64,000 nucleotides of DNA, taken from positions 1 through 64,000 of the forward strand of contig CAZXGF010000005.1 of assembly GCA_964640185.1 (NCBI GenBank), in the 5' to 3' direction. The translations under genes and the position numbers were made by a program. The notes beneath the pieces were generated by a model that made no database searches, had not been told where the DNA came from, and saw only the letters and a list, made by a program, of their open reading frames with translations. Shown here piece by piece: positions 29,549-40,857 of the stretch (its first letter is position 1; the number at the start of each line of letters is the position of its first letter). Origin of the DNA: an uncultured Verrucomicrobiota bacterium. Lineage in GTDB: Bacteria > Auribacterota > JABMQX01.

Positions 29549-29611
29549 GGTGCGAGGTCTCCGCTTCCGGTTCGTGCTCTATTGTAGGGTGACGGCTGCT
29601 TAGTGCTACGA

Positions 29612-30092
29612 TTCATAAGTTCGGTGGCGTATTTGCTCAGACACGATAACAGGATGCACATGATTCTTGGAATCCCGTTTATCCTTGCGAAAGGTTCTTG
29701 GCCTTTCGGTTTACCTCAACTTCTCACGTACTGGCTTACCAGCGGCAACGAGCTTGTTAATGAGTTGTATCTCCTGAGCCGCCACAACAACCTCCTTGAC
29801 CCCGCGGCACGCGGGGCTCGACGATGACCGTATCTCCTTCGACCCCGCCATGACCGGGCAGGAAGGTCTGGAGGAACGTGGCACGGGCGTCTCGCCCGTG
29901 GAAGGTCATGGGCAGGATGCCCATGCCACGTCTTCTCCGCCAATTCATTGCGCTTGGTGATCTTTCACCCAGCACCTTCCCGGCTTGTGATTTACTGGAT
30001 GGCTCACGTCTCTGGAAGAATCCCGTGTATCCTGTTATCCCGTCAAAATAGCTCCTTTCACGGCGCCATTATACGTCACCGTATTTGCGAAT
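29612..30092. mobile_element. MITE-like element (about 480 bp) with TIRs, sitting exactly between atpE (c) and atpF (b). It contains the CATGGGCAGGATGCCCATG palindrome
   Basis: Left end ataagttcggtggcgtatttgctcagacacgataacaggatgcac. Right end gtatcctgttatcccgtc...ttatacgtcaccgtatttgcgaatcc is its inverted counterpart. A copy at 51120-51556 is about 85% identical. It ends 8 bp from the atpE stop. Confidence 0.75.
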
Positions 30093-30100
30093 CCATGTGC

Positions 30101-30346
30101 TCAGCTAAACAACGGTCCCACTTTGAAGAGGAGCAGCATCGAAACCAGCAGACAATAAATCGCCGTGGACTCAATCATCGCCAGGCTCACGAAGAGCGTG
30201 CGGGTAATTGTCCCCGCAAGGTCCGGTTGGCGAGCCATAGCCTCCAGCGCCGCGGCCGCCGTTCGCGCCTCGCCCAGAGCGGGACCAATCGAGCCAATGG
30301 CAATCGTTCCGCCCGCAACGATGACTGCCAGCATTTCCGTCGTCAT
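30101..30346 (-). CDS. atpE: ATP synthase c subunit with a complete Na+-binding signature (Q..E-S-T-x-x-Y)
   Basis: ARQPDLAG and IESTAIY match the Ilyobacter tartaricus Q32/E65/S66/T67/Y70 ligand set. 81 aa hairpin. RBS GGAGGAG. Confidence 0.9.
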   Translation of the reverse strand: MTTEMLAVIVAGGTIAIGSIGPALGEARTAAAALEAMARQPDLAGTITRTLFVSLAMIESTAIYCLLVSMLLLFKVGPLFS

Positions 30347-31065
30347 TTCGTTTTCTCCTCCGTTTCGTGTTTCTCCACAACTCTGACTGCGCCTCCAATA
30401 TAAACAGTCGCAAGAACCGCAAAGATGTATGCCTGAATCGTCCCCGTGATTAACGCCAGAAACATCAACGGCAGCGGCAGGAAGAACGGCACAAGCGACA
30501 AAAGAACGCCAAACAGAATCTCGCCGCTGAGGATATTGCCGAATAAACGCACTGCCAACGCGAGAGTCCGCGAGAGGTCGGAAATGATGTTAAACGGCAG
30601 GATGATCCAGACCGGCCGGACGTACGTTTTCAGGTAATTCAGCGTCCCGGTCATGGCGATCCCGTAGAAAGGGACCGCCAGAAAAACCACGCTCGCCAAA
30701 GCTGCCGTCGTGCTGATGTCTGCGGTGGGCGGCTTGACCACTTCGAAGAAGGACGAGATGAACGCGACAAGGTTCGACGCCAGGATGAAGATGAAAAGCG
30801 AAGCCACTAACGGAACAAAGGGCCACGGGTCCCGGCCAATGATGCCCCTGATCTCTTCGCCGAGCCAGTTCAACATCGCTTCCACCACCTGTTGTGCTCT
30901 GCCCGGGGACTTCTTTCGCAGCTTCAATCTGACGAGCGCGGCGAAAACGACCACGACCGCCATAACGCCCCACGTCACTACGATAATCTGCGTAACCGGT
31001 ACAGGGCCCACCCTGAACAGTTCCACGTTCTCAAGCGGACTTGTCATAACACCACTGTTAGCCAT
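30343..31065 (-). CDS. atpB: ATP synthase a subunit
   Basis: ALAVRLFGNILSGE with the conserved stator Arg, and 5-6 TM helices. Confidence 0.9.
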   Translation of the reverse strand: MANSGVMTSPLENVELFRVGPVPVTQIIVVTWGVMAVVVVFAALVRLKLRKKSPGRAQQVVEAMLNWLGEEIRGIIGRDPWPFVPLVASLFIFILASNLVAFISSFFEVVKPPTADISTTAALASVVFLAVPFYGIAMTGTLNYLKTYVRPVWIILPFNIISDLSRTLALAVRLFGNILSGEILFGVLLSLVPFFLPLPLMFLALITGTIQAYIFAVLATVYIGGAVRVVEKHETEEKTK

Positions 31066-31423
31066 TATGCTTTATGCCTTCCGATGGCGTGGGCGAGAAG
31101 CTTCCGGCGGCTCTCGCTCTGCCAACGGCGATGGTCCGCGCCACAATGAATCCTACCACGTATGCGACCAGGCACCAGGCGCCGAGCAGAAGCGCGCCCA
31201 GCGCTCCGCCGCCAAAAAGCACCACCCGAAGCAGGGCCAACGCCACAAATTTCATGGTCCCGTTTCTCTTTCCGCCGAGATAGGCCAGAGAGTACCGCAT
31301 GAGGGAAAAATATACCCGGCCCACCGCCAGACCCGCCAGCCCCAAACCTATGGTGATTGTTATCTGAAGCGCATCCATTTCCGATTTTCCGTAAATAGCT
31401 GTCCAGCTTTTGCCCTCTCCCAC
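31058..31423 (-). CDS. atpR: N-ATPase accessory membrane protein, AtpR-like by operon position. The start may instead be the internal ATG (MDALQIT) near 31378
   Basis: Two TM helices with Arg residues (GRVYFSLMRYS). It is the fourth gene, as expected for atpR in the N-ATPase operon order. Confidence 0.5.
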   Translation of the reverse strand: MGEGKSWTAIYGKSEMDALQITITIGLGLAGLAVGRVYFSLMRYSLAYLGGKRNGTMKFVALALLRVVLFGGGALGALLLGAWCLVAYVVGFIVARTIAVGRARAAGSFSPTPSEGIKHNG

Positions 31424-31459
31424 CGGCCGTTGACGCCGGGACGCTGAATATGCGGCCGT

Positions 31460-31759
31460 TTACTGCTCTTTCGTAATCGTTCGCCAAGCGTTGACGCAGC
31501 CGACACACAGCCCGAAAAGAAGCAGCGCGATTGTCCACCTCGAGCCCGTCCCGAACTTACGGTCAAGCCACAACCCGAGAAACACACCAAGCACCATCGG
31601 CACCACCACGCTCCAGCCGACGGCGCCAATCAAGCCGACATATCCCCAGAATGATTGCCCTTTCTCGCGGCGGCCTTTCTCGATTAGCTCCCGCTGGCGC
31701 CGAACGCGGACCTCGAACTCGTCTTCGAGTTCCTCCTTATCATCATCGTGCGCGCACAT
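31460..31759 (-). CDS. atpQ: N-ATPase accessory membrane protein, AtpQ by position (AtpZ/AtpI-like)
   Basis: SFWGYVGLIGAVGWSVVVPMVLGVFLGLWLDRKFGT resembles the AtpZ/AtpI family. It is the third gene in the operon. Confidence 0.5.
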   Translation of the reverse strand: MCAHDDDKEELEDEFEVRVRRQRELIEKGRREKGQSFWGYVGLIGAVGWSVVVPMVLGVFLGLWLDRKFGTGSRWTIALLLFGLCVGCVNAWRTITKEQ

Positions 31760-32150
31760 CTTCGTACTCCATCAACCGCCGCCACGCGGCGATTTGCATC
31801 CGGTAGAGCGAGCGCGTCGAGCGATACGAGCGCTGACTTCGGTTCTCGCGCGCTTTCCGGATTTCCTCCTGAAGCGCCGCGAGGTCGTCGCTCGCGTGCG
31901 CCTCCCGCACCGCGACCTGAACCTCCTCCGTGGTCACCCGCAACACACCGTGCCGGACCGCGATATACGCTTCGCGCTCTCCTTTTCCGCCTACGCTATA
32001 CCGATAGACCAGGATCGAGGGCACCACCGCCGTCATGTACCTCTCATGCCCAGGCAGGATCCCGAACCGCCCGCTCGGGTCCTCCGCCTGGACGTACGTC
32101 ACTTCGCGGTCCAGGACAACTCGCGTTGGAACTGTAACTCGCAGCCGCAT
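31743..32150 (-). CDS. atpC: ATP synthase epsilon subunit
   Basis: Beta-sandwich N-terminus (LRVTVPTRVVLDREVTYVQAEDPSGRFGILPGH) and about 135 aa length. Directly downstream of atpD, with the four-helix-bundle cassette in between. Confidence 0.75.
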   Translation of the reverse strand: MRLRVTVPTRVVLDREVTYVQAEDPSGRFGILPGHERYMTAVVPSILVYRYSVGGKGEREAYIAVRHGVLRVTTEEVQVAVREAHASDDLAALQEEIRKARENRSQRSYRSTRSLYRMQIAAWRRLMEYEDVRAR

Positions 32151-32154
32151 CGCG

Positions 32155-32345
32155 GTACTCCATTTCGGATTTCAGATTGCGGATTGCGGATTTCACGCTT
32201 TCAGGCTTTACCTTCTCTGCGGCAGTCCATTTCGGATTTCAGAGTTTGCACCTCTGCGGTTAAGTTCTCTGCTGCACTGCACTTTCGATTGCGGATTACG
32301 GATTTCAGGTCTCGGACCCTTGTGCTTTAGCTTCTCTGCGACACT
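32155..32345. repeat. Heptanucleotide-based repeat flank (degenerate GATTGCG / GATTTCG / GATTTCA units) 3' of the four-helix-bundle gene
   Basis: Direct repeat of 32725-32920, same orientation. It is tandem, not inverted. Confidence 0.8.
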
Positions 32346-32365
32346 CCATTTCGCATTTTTCGGCT

Positions 32366-32722
32366 CTACGCCTTTCTTTTCCTTGCGGTGTTTATGGAAG
32401 CGACGCTAATCGCCAAAAGGTCATCCGCTTCTTTCATGAGGGATTCGAGCTTTTCAGCTTTGACAATCTGCGCTTCGATCAGCAACTCCATCCAATAGAC
32501 CGACTCGTCGGCTTCCTCCTCAACTGTTCCCATTTTTGAAATGAAATCGGCGGTTGATTTCGCACGGCACGCAGCGCGATAGTTCGCTCCCACCGAGGTG
32601 CCTGAGCGAAGTAACTGGCGCCCCACCACGCCAGCAGTCTGTCCCTTTGGCAGACATTCCACCAGTTGAATAATCCGAAGTCCAAAGCCCTTTGTCCTTC
32701 CCTTCAACTCTTCCCTGTCCAC
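32366..32722 (-). CDS. Four helix bundle protein (TIGR02436 / 23S rRNA intervening-sequence protein family)
   Basis: QLLRSGTSVGANYRAACRAKSTADFISKMGTVEEEADESVYWMELL is the family signature. 118 aa. Confidence 0.85.
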   Translation of the reverse strand: MDREELKGRTKGFGLRIIQLVECLPKGQTAGVVGRQLLRSGTSVGANYRAACRAKSTADFISKMGTVEEEADESVYWMELLIEAQIVKAEKLESLMKEADDLLAISVASINTARKRKA

Positions 32723-32724
32723 GG

Positions 32725-33112
32725 CTCACTCCATTTCGGGTTCCAGATTTCAGATTGCGGATTTCGTGCTTTCAGGTTTTACCCTCTCTGTTGCGACCGA
32801 TTTCGCATTGGGGATTTCGGATTTCGGATTTCACGCTTTCAGGCTTTACCTTCTCTGCGGCAGTCCATTTCGGATTCCAGATTGCGGGCTACCGACTTGG
32901 AAATCCGCATGCCCGATTTCGCATTGCGCCGTTCTGCTTTGTTCTCCTTCTCCTCGCGTTGCTTATAGACGCGATGGCAATTGCCAAAAGCCAGTAGATT
33001 CTTCCACCTCCGAATCGCGATTGTGAATTCTCGACCTCGACCACGCAATCTGCAATCTGCAATCCGCAGTCCGCAGTCCGCAATCTGCAATCTGCAATCC
33101 GCAATCCGCAAT
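32725..33112. repeat. Second copy of the heptad flank (32725-32920), then a 3' fragment of a second four-helix-bundle gene (about 32930-33010, ...KNLLAFGNCHRVYKQREEK), then a pure (GATTGCG)n array of about 10 units (33040-33110)
   Basis: Nucleotide and peptide similarity to the intact gene's 3' end. The array reads cgcaatctgcaatctgcaatccgcagtccgcagtccgcaatc... on the plus strand. Confidence 0.75.
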
Positions 33113-33114
33113 CA

Positions 33115-34584
<1,470 letters not shown>

Positions 34585-34959
34585 CTACCCGAGAAAACCT
34601 TTGACGCCGATTATGCCGTGTTGCCGTCGCTTTATCAAGTTGAAATTACCCGGCCGGTAACACCTCGGTTACGGGTAGCTGAGGGTGGAACCACAGGGCG
34701 CGCAGAGCACGCAGAGGCTGCAGATGACCGTGCGGCAAAACGAAACGCCTGCCGAAGTTGTCAGCATCGTGTGGGGTGTCCCCTCCGCTCATCGGGGATA
34801 CCGACGCCTTTTCTCTGCGCTCTCTCCGGTGAGTTCCCCCTGAAGGTGAGAGATTCCCGAGGCAATTTCAACGGGTGTGGCTGCGAAATCGTGGCATATT
34901 CGGTAGGCCTCCTTCAATCTCCTCGCTGTCGTCCTTGCGCCGGACATGCCCCGCCCTCG

Positions 34960-35100
34960 GCGGGGCGCCCCCCCTTAGCCACCTGCTTCAGCTGGTGGTC
35001 ATCGGATAGGCCGTCTCCGGCGTGAGAGCCGGCTTTAGCCGGGCTTCTCGAACAAGGGATTCATCCATAACTTGCCACGGAAATACAGCCGCACCCATTT
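34960..35100. repeat. Hairpin-module repeat ending in ccacggaaatacagccgcaccc (35075-35096), in the atpD upstream region
   Basis: Near-identical to 25855-25941. Confidence 0.7.
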
Positions 35101-35109
35101 CAACCGCCG

Positions 35110-36216
35110 TCACGACGCGCGCGCCGTTCCAACAGCTTCGGCGACATTGGAGAAACCGTCTCGCTCCAAGAGCTGGCACAGCCCCCGGTTAATCTTTCTG
35201 ACCAAACCGGGCCCCTCATATATCATAGCTGTAAGGAGCTGGACAAGGGAGGCGCCGAGCCGGATTTTCAGGTACGCGTCCTCTGCCGAAAAGACCCCGC
35301 CGACGCCGATGAGCCGGTATCGGCTGCGGTTCATCCGACGGTACGTCTCCCCAATGCACTCGTTGATTAACCGCTCGACCGGTTTACCGGAAACGGCCCC
35401 CGGCATCAGCTCGACGATATGTCGGGGCGTCCGGAGCGTATCCGGTTTGCCCGGAGGGAGGTTGAAAACGAATCCGGACACGTAGCTCACCCCTTCCACC
35501 GCCGCCAGCAATTCCTCGATTGCCCGGACTCCGCCGAGCGGAGAAACTTTCAGAAACACAGGGCAGCGGATGTCCAATTCGGACAGAGCCGTTAGCAGTC
35601 GTACAGTATTGCGCTGGTCGGAAAAGAAATCTCGCCCCATCTCGGTGTTGGGGCAACTGAGATTCAGGCAGATGTAGTCGCCCACGTTTTTCAAAATGCG
35701 GACCGAGCGCGTGTAATCGCCGATGATCTCATCATCGGACTCCGGCGCCGCGGTCTTCCCTCGGTTGGTCTTCACGATATTGATGCCCAGCGGAATCGCC
35801 AGCCTTTTGGAGGCCAGCCGAGCGGCGACTGCATCGGCTCCGTCATTCTGCAATCCGTAGTGCACGATTATCGCCCGGTCTCGCGGGAGCCGAAACAGCC
35901 TCGGTTTTGGATTGCCCTGGGAGGGCTCGGCCGATACGGAACCGATTTCGATGTGCCCGAAGCCCAACGCAGCCAACACTTCGCACGCACGCCCGCTCTT
36001 GTCAAACCCCGCTGCCAGCCCGAGAGGGTTGGGGAATCTTATCCCACACACCTCCGTTTCCAGCCTCGGATCGGAGAAGCCGGACAACGCCGACAGGAAC
36101 GGCCGGACGACCTTGACCGCTCCCAGGAGCCGGCCGGCTTGTATCGCCCGATCGTGCGCCCACTCCGGGTCAAAATGGAACAGCGCTCGACGAATAACGG
36201 TTTGGTATAGACGCAT
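35110..36216 (-). CDS. pyrD: Dihydroorotate dehydrogenase (quinone), class 2
   Basis: Start placed at MRLYQTVIRRALFHFDPEWAHDRA. GLAAGFDK, IEIGSV and GVGGV motifs. The upstream in-frame 102 codons look non-genic. Confidence 0.85.
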   Translation of the reverse strand: MRLYQTVIRRALFHFDPEWAHDRAIQAGRLLGAVKVVRPFLSALSGFSDPRLETEVCGIRFPNPLGLAAGFDKSGRACEVLAALGFGHIEIGSVSAEPSQGNPKPRLFRLPRDRAIIVHYGLQNDGADAVAARLASKRLAIPLGINIVKTNRGKTAAPESDDEIIGDYTRSVRILKNVGDYICLNLSCPNTEMGRDFFSDQRNTVRLLTALSELDIRCPVFLKVSPLGGVRAIEELLAAVEGVSYVSGFVFNLPPGKPDTLRTPRHIVELMPGAVSGKPVERLINECIGETYRRMNRSRYRLIGVGGVFSAEDAYLKIRLGASLVQLLTAMIYEGPGLVRKINRGLCQLLERDGFSNVAEAVGTARAS

Positions 36217-36461
36217 CGCGCACCTCAGCGGTAGAGCTCGAGCTTCCACGCCCGGATTTATGCTACCCTTGTGACCGGACGGCAACAAGATTTTTCTCGC
36301 GGCGTGGATGGGGCGTCGCGGTAGAAGAGTTTTCTCTCTCCTATCAGAAAACATCTCAGCCGAAAACAAGGCCTTGCCTGCCGCCGCCATCACCGCCATC
36401 ATTTCCACGAGGAAGCACGCCATGCCAAACGATGTGCTACTCTTATGAAAAGGAGAGAAAG

Positions 36462-37904
36462 ATGAAGAAGCTGACAGAACCCTTACTGATATTTGCTCTG
36501 CTCTTTCTTCCTGCAACGGCACTGCCGGATGATTGGCCGCAGCTCCAGAAGAATCCGGGGCACACTGGCTACACCACGGATCAACCGAACCCGCCCTACC
36601 GGCTCAAGTGGAGGTTCGAGATCAACGAGCCGACGCACACCGGCAGCCCCCCGATTGTCGCCGCCGGCAAGGTTTACCTCGGCACCAACTGGGGCAACCT
36701 CATCGCCATCGCCCTCGACTCGGGGAAAAAAGCCTGGTCTTACAAAACGGGGACAGCCATTTTAGGCACGCCCGCTTTTTACGAAGAGATCGTTTACGCC
36801 AACTCGATGGACCACCGTTGCTACGCGGTCGAGGCCGGCGATGGCTCTCCCTTCTGGACGTTCGAAACCGGCGAGGGGATTCTTGCAGGCCCCGTGGTAG
36901 CCGGGGGGAAAGTTTTCATCGCCGGGCGAGATGGGTTTGTCTATGCGCTCAAAACCGACAACGGCGAGGAGGTCTGGAAATCGCCGGTGGGCGGCCCGGT
37001 CATGGCCACGCCGGCATACGATAACGGCGTGCTTTATGTGGGCGGTGGAGATAACCGCGTGTATGCCTTCGCTGGGAAAACCGGAAAGGAGATATGGAGA
37101 TCGGAAAAACTCCCCGGCATGGCGATTCGTGATTACTGGCTGGTTGTCTCCGGCGACACCGTCATCGTCTCCACCCAGCAGGTGCTCAGCGCGCACACGA
37201 CCCACCACAAAATTGACAAGGCCTTGATGGAGCCATTCCGCGAGAGACATAACGGCAAGATGCTTGTCCAGAATGAGCTGCTGGAGCAAGTGCGCGAGTG
37301 GTATATCGCTCATCCCTATCAGAAGACGTTTCATGTGCTCAACGCGGGCGATGGTTCCGAGAAGTTCGTTGCTCCTATCGTGCACGTGCACGGCGGGGGC
37401 TGCACGGGGCCGCTGCCGGTGCTCGCTCCGGATGGATACGCCTACGCCATGTACTCGCTGGGGCGGCTGTGCGCCTCTGGCTGGGCCTTTGTCGGCAGGC
37501 TCGACCTGACCGGCGGCAAGCTCGAACCGCTCATCAAAAACCGCTACTGGATTGACAAGAACGAGTGGGAATGGCAAGCCGAGCCCGGCGCGAACCTTGA
37601 CCGCCACAGCGCCTTCGCCGTCGGGTTCTGCGTAAGCGACCAGTCCTGGGGCCTTGCCCGAGGCGGCGACAAGATTTTCGCCGTGCGGGACCCCGGCTGG
37701 GCCTCCGGGGAGGGCGCCTACAGCTATATTGACCTCCGAACCGGAAAAGACGGCTGGCTCTACGGCGCCAATTTCCGCGAGATTCTCCGCGGCGGCAGCT
37801 ACGGCGGCGCCTTTCACGCCACGGCTTCGCCGATGGTCATCTCGGGCAAGTACCTTATCCACAAGACCGTCCGCAATCTGGTCTTCTGCCTCGAGGGGAA
37901 ATGA
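36462..37904 (+). CDS. PQQ-like beta-propeller repeat protein (BamB-like), secreted
   Basis: Repeated G.vyaGt.dg.lyAld..tG...W motifs. Signal peptide. RBS. Confidence 0.75.
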   Translation: MKKLTEPLLIFALLFLPATALPDDWPQLQKNPGHTGYTTDQPNPPYRLKWRFEINEPTHTGSPPIVAAGKVYLGTNWGNLIAIALDSGKKAWSYKTGTAILGTPAFYEEIVYANSMDHRCYAVEAGDGSPFWTFETGEGILAGPVVAGGKVFIAGRDGFVYALKTDNGEEVWKSPVGGPVMATPAYDNGVLYVGGGDNRVYAFAGKTGKEIWRSEKLPGMAIRDYWLVVSGDTVIVSTQQVLSAHTTHHKIDKALMEPFRERHNGKMLVQNELLEQVREWYIAHPYQKTFHVLNAGDGSEKFVAPIVHVHGGGCTGPLPVLAPDGYAYAMYSLGRLCASGWAFVGRLDLTGGKLEPLIKNRYWIDKNEWEWQAEPGANLDRHSAFAVGFCVSDQSWGLARGGDKIFAVRDPGWASGEGAYSYIDLRTGKDGWLYGANFREILRGGSYGGAFHATASPMVISGKYLIHKTVRNLVFCLEGK

Positions 37905-37955
37905 TGTCAAAGACTTCGGACCGCCGAATGAACCTGCAAAAACAGAGGACGCAGC

Positions 37956-40313
37956 ATGATTCGATACGGATGGCTTAACAAACTCGCCTGCGCTGGCATC
38001 GTGTTTTTCATCGCTTTCGGCTCTTTCGCAAACGCGGCTTTTGCACAAAAAACGCCTTCCGAGCTCGCCAGAGACGCCTTTCGCGGAGATGGCGGTTTCT
38101 CTTTCCGCGCCGAATTTGCGAATGGCGAAATCGTCTTCAAGCGAACCGTGCCCGACTTGCCGCGAAAGGGAGCAGGCATGCCAGCGTGGTTCGGCGAGGC
38201 GTACGTCCTGTTCCGGGCGACGCCGGGGCCACGCGCGAAGAAAGTCAGCGTTCAGCACAACGCATGGGACCATCACATCGCCACCTACGCCGTCTCCGGC
38301 GGCCGGGCCACAGTTGTGCTGAGCCGCCTCACTCCCGCAGTGTTGATTGACACCCCTGCTTCCACTATTTCGTTCCAGAACAACGCACCGGATTACCTCG
38401 CGTTTGCATCCGGCGGGCAGGTCATCTCCCGCAGCGCGAGAGACCTCGACGGCTCGCTCAACCTCGACGAGCCCTGGGTCCTCGGTTGGTTTGGCCGCTT
38501 TTCGCCCTACCGGAACTACGCCAACGTCGCCGACTTGGACGATGAGCACCTCGGTTCCGACAAAATCTCGCTCGAGAGACGCCGGCCCCTCAAGCTCGAC
38601 CTGCCGATTCTCTTTCGTCTCGAACACCGCCCCCAGGCAATCCACACCTCCGGCCGCGTGCTCACATTCCAGTTTCGCGGGCAGGCGGGCAAGATCGCAG
38701 TGATGCCGCTTTTCGGCGGGAAGGTGTTTGAGCCAGCAGACACCGAGAAGTGGGCTCGAAGCCTCCCTGCGGAAGTGCTCGAGCAGAGCCGCCTCTGGTC
38801 GGGAAAGTTACGGGATTACCCTTTATCCGTAAGAGAGACCTATTCCGTTGACGCGGATGAGGACATTCTTTCCATTCGGCAGGATTTCAAGTGGGAATCG
38901 TTTGACGACGACTGGGGAACGCCAGCCGTCAAGGCGGCGCCAGTGCCCCCCATGCTTGCCGTAGCCCTGGGCGAAAACGTCCCCGTGACCTTCCATCAGG
39001 GCGCGAGGAAAGTGTTCCCTGTTGACTACAACCTTATGGACACGCCCGGCAAGGCGATGGCAGTTGAAGGGGCGGACTCCTACGAGTACCGCATCGGCGG
39101 CCTGAGGCAATATCTTTTCTACCGACGTAAAACCGCCCCGCTCTCCCGTGAGACGCAGCCCCTGCGCGCCAAGCTCGAAAAGCACGTCCGGGAGATGGTG
39201 GATGCGGGCCATCTGGCGCCGCTTTTCTACGTCTATGGCGGCATCGGCGGGACTGCCTCCGCCTACTTCTACTGGGCCAGTTCCCCGGACCTGGCGAAGT
39301 CGCTGATGGCAGCCTATCCATATTTTTCTAAAAAACTGCGGCGGCAGGTTAAAAATTATCTCCGGAACGAGTGGAGAATCAATCCTCCGTTCCGGGTGGA
39401 CACCAGCACGTACAGAGACGGAGCCAACCGCGCGCCATACGAAGTTCCCTGGCAGGACATCCGCATGCTCCCCGCCTTCAACCGCGAAAAGGCCCTCCGC
39501 GAATCACGCTTCTTCGGCGACCTGTACGGCGTGTACGCTTACACAGCCATCACCGGCGAGAAACCGGACGCCTCGCTGCTTGAGAGGCAGAGCACAAGGC
39601 TCGTCAACGAACTCCTCGCCCTTCAGGATTGGGCGCTTTGCGGGCCCGTCAAGCCGCCCGTTACCTGGCGGGGCTTCTTCGACCCGTACAGCTACTACCG
39701 TCGCAGCGGCCAATCCACCTACAACAGTTGGCTCGCGGGAGCAATTGGGCTCGTGCGTCTTTCGCGGGACCTCGGCTGGAAGGAGCAGGAGTCGCTCGGC
39801 TGGTATCTCTTCGGGAAGCTCGCCATGGCGCGGGTCGGACAGGCGAGATATACCTCGGAGCTTCACCGCATGGGATTAGTGCGGGGCGATGAAAAGAAGG
39901 ACTGGCGAACGCTTGTCCACATTGACCGGAACGCGGCCATTGTCCTTCGCGGCTCCATCTTTTCGGTCGTGCGAGAGGACCAGGAAGTCCCGCCGTTCAT
40001 TGACCTCGTCGAGGAGGTTGGACGGTTGCTCGGCAGATACGCCCGCGAGGAGTGCCGGACCTACCTCGACAATCTCGACAGGTCCATGGCGCTCTGGTGG
40101 ATTAGCGAAGCTCCCAAGCAATCCGCCAGCGAACAACATCTCTGTCCCCTCCAGCATAAGAGCGGCAACGTCCTCGCCCAATATTGGATTCTCGGCAAGA
40201 CCTGCCGGAAGTTCAGCCTATACGTTGACACGACTCGCTTCAACGGCGACTTGTATTATATACACAACCTCGCAGCCCTAATTGACAGCTACGCCGAGGG
40301 CGCCGAGCACTAA
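37956..40313 (+). CDS. Large secreted hypothetical protein (785 aa)
   Basis: Signal peptide. No motif I can assign. Confidence 0.5.
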   Translation: MIRYGWLNKLACAGIVFFIAFGSFANAAFAQKTPSELARDAFRGDGGFSFRAEFANGEIVFKRTVPDLPRKGAGMPAWFGEAYVLFRATPGPRAKKVSVQHNAWDHHIATYAVSGGRATVVLSRLTPAVLIDTPASTISFQNNAPDYLAFASGGQVISRSARDLDGSLNLDEPWVLGWFGRFSPYRNYANVADLDDEHLGSDKISLERRRPLKLDLPILFRLEHRPQAIHTSGRVLTFQFRGQAGKIAVMPLFGGKVFEPADTEKWARSLPAEVLEQSRLWSGKLRDYPLSVRETYSVDADEDILSIRQDFKWESFDDDWGTPAVKAAPVPPMLAVALGENVPVTFHQGARKVFPVDYNLMDTPGKAMAVEGADSYEYRIGGLRQYLFYRRKTAPLSRETQPLRAKLEKHVREMVDAGHLAPLFYVYGGIGGTASAYFYWASSPDLAKSLMAAYPYFSKKLRRQVKNYLRNEWRINPPFRVDTSTYRDGANRAPYEVPWQDIRMLPAFNREKALRESRFFGDLYGVYAYTAITGEKPDASLLERQSTRLVNELLALQDWALCGPVKPPVTWRGFFDPYSYYRRSGQSTYNSWLAGAIGLVRLSRDLGWKEQESLGWYLFGKLAMARVGQARYTSELHRMGLVRGDEKKDWRTLVHIDRNAAIVLRGSIFSVVREDQEVPPFIDLVEEVGRLLGRYAREECRTYLDNLDRSMALWWISEAPKQSASEQHLCPLQHKSGNVLAQYWILGKTCRKFSLYVDTTRFNGDLYYIHNLAALIDSYAEGAEH

Positions 40314-40384
40314 AGCAATCAAGGAACTCCGCGAATGCAGAAGATGTGATTCGGGAGTTCGCATCTCGACATTCGCGTTGCCGT

Positions 40385-40640
40385 CGGCTGAATTCCACTC
40401 GTATGCGCTCCGCATCAATTGGAGCTGCTCGCGAGACGATTGTGAAATCGCTTCGCCGCTATATGCGGGTGTGGTTCCATTTCAGTGCGTGATCTTGCCG
40501 AGTGTAACGCCGGCGTCTCGCCCTCGGCCTGGCGCCCCAGGCGCCATCCCCCGTACGCACCCCCCTCCGCGCCTTTGCGTCAATTTCCGGGTGTGGCTCC
40601 ATTTCAGTAGGCGATCTTGCCGAGTGTAACGCTGGCGTCT
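40385..40640. repeat. Direct repeat unit 1 (about 235 bp) containing inverted copies of the 22-nt TIR motif (ggtgtggttccatttcagtg; gggtgtggctccatttcagtagg)
   Basis: Compared base by base with 40858-41095. Part of a repeat island of about 1.4 kb (40320-41700). Confidence 0.8.
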
Positions 40641-40857
40641 CGCCGGCAGTCTCGAGGGCGTCTCGCCCTCGATTCTTTCTTATCTCCTTTGCGTCTTCGC
40701 GTCTTTGCGAGAGGTCTCCCCCGTCCCATTTCTCCCGCTAAGAGGCCAACCGTCCCGCCCATCTTATTTTTCACTTGCCGTTCTCCACTCCGAGTTCTGC
40801 GACGCGGAACAAACAAACCAAGGGCGACTTCTCTACCACTTAAACGTAGCCACACCC

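Noticed and set aside
32035-33111. ORFs encoding RIADCRL / FGFQIADCGF peptides
   Set aside because: They are translations of the GATTGCG heptad arrays flanking the four-helix-bundle gene.
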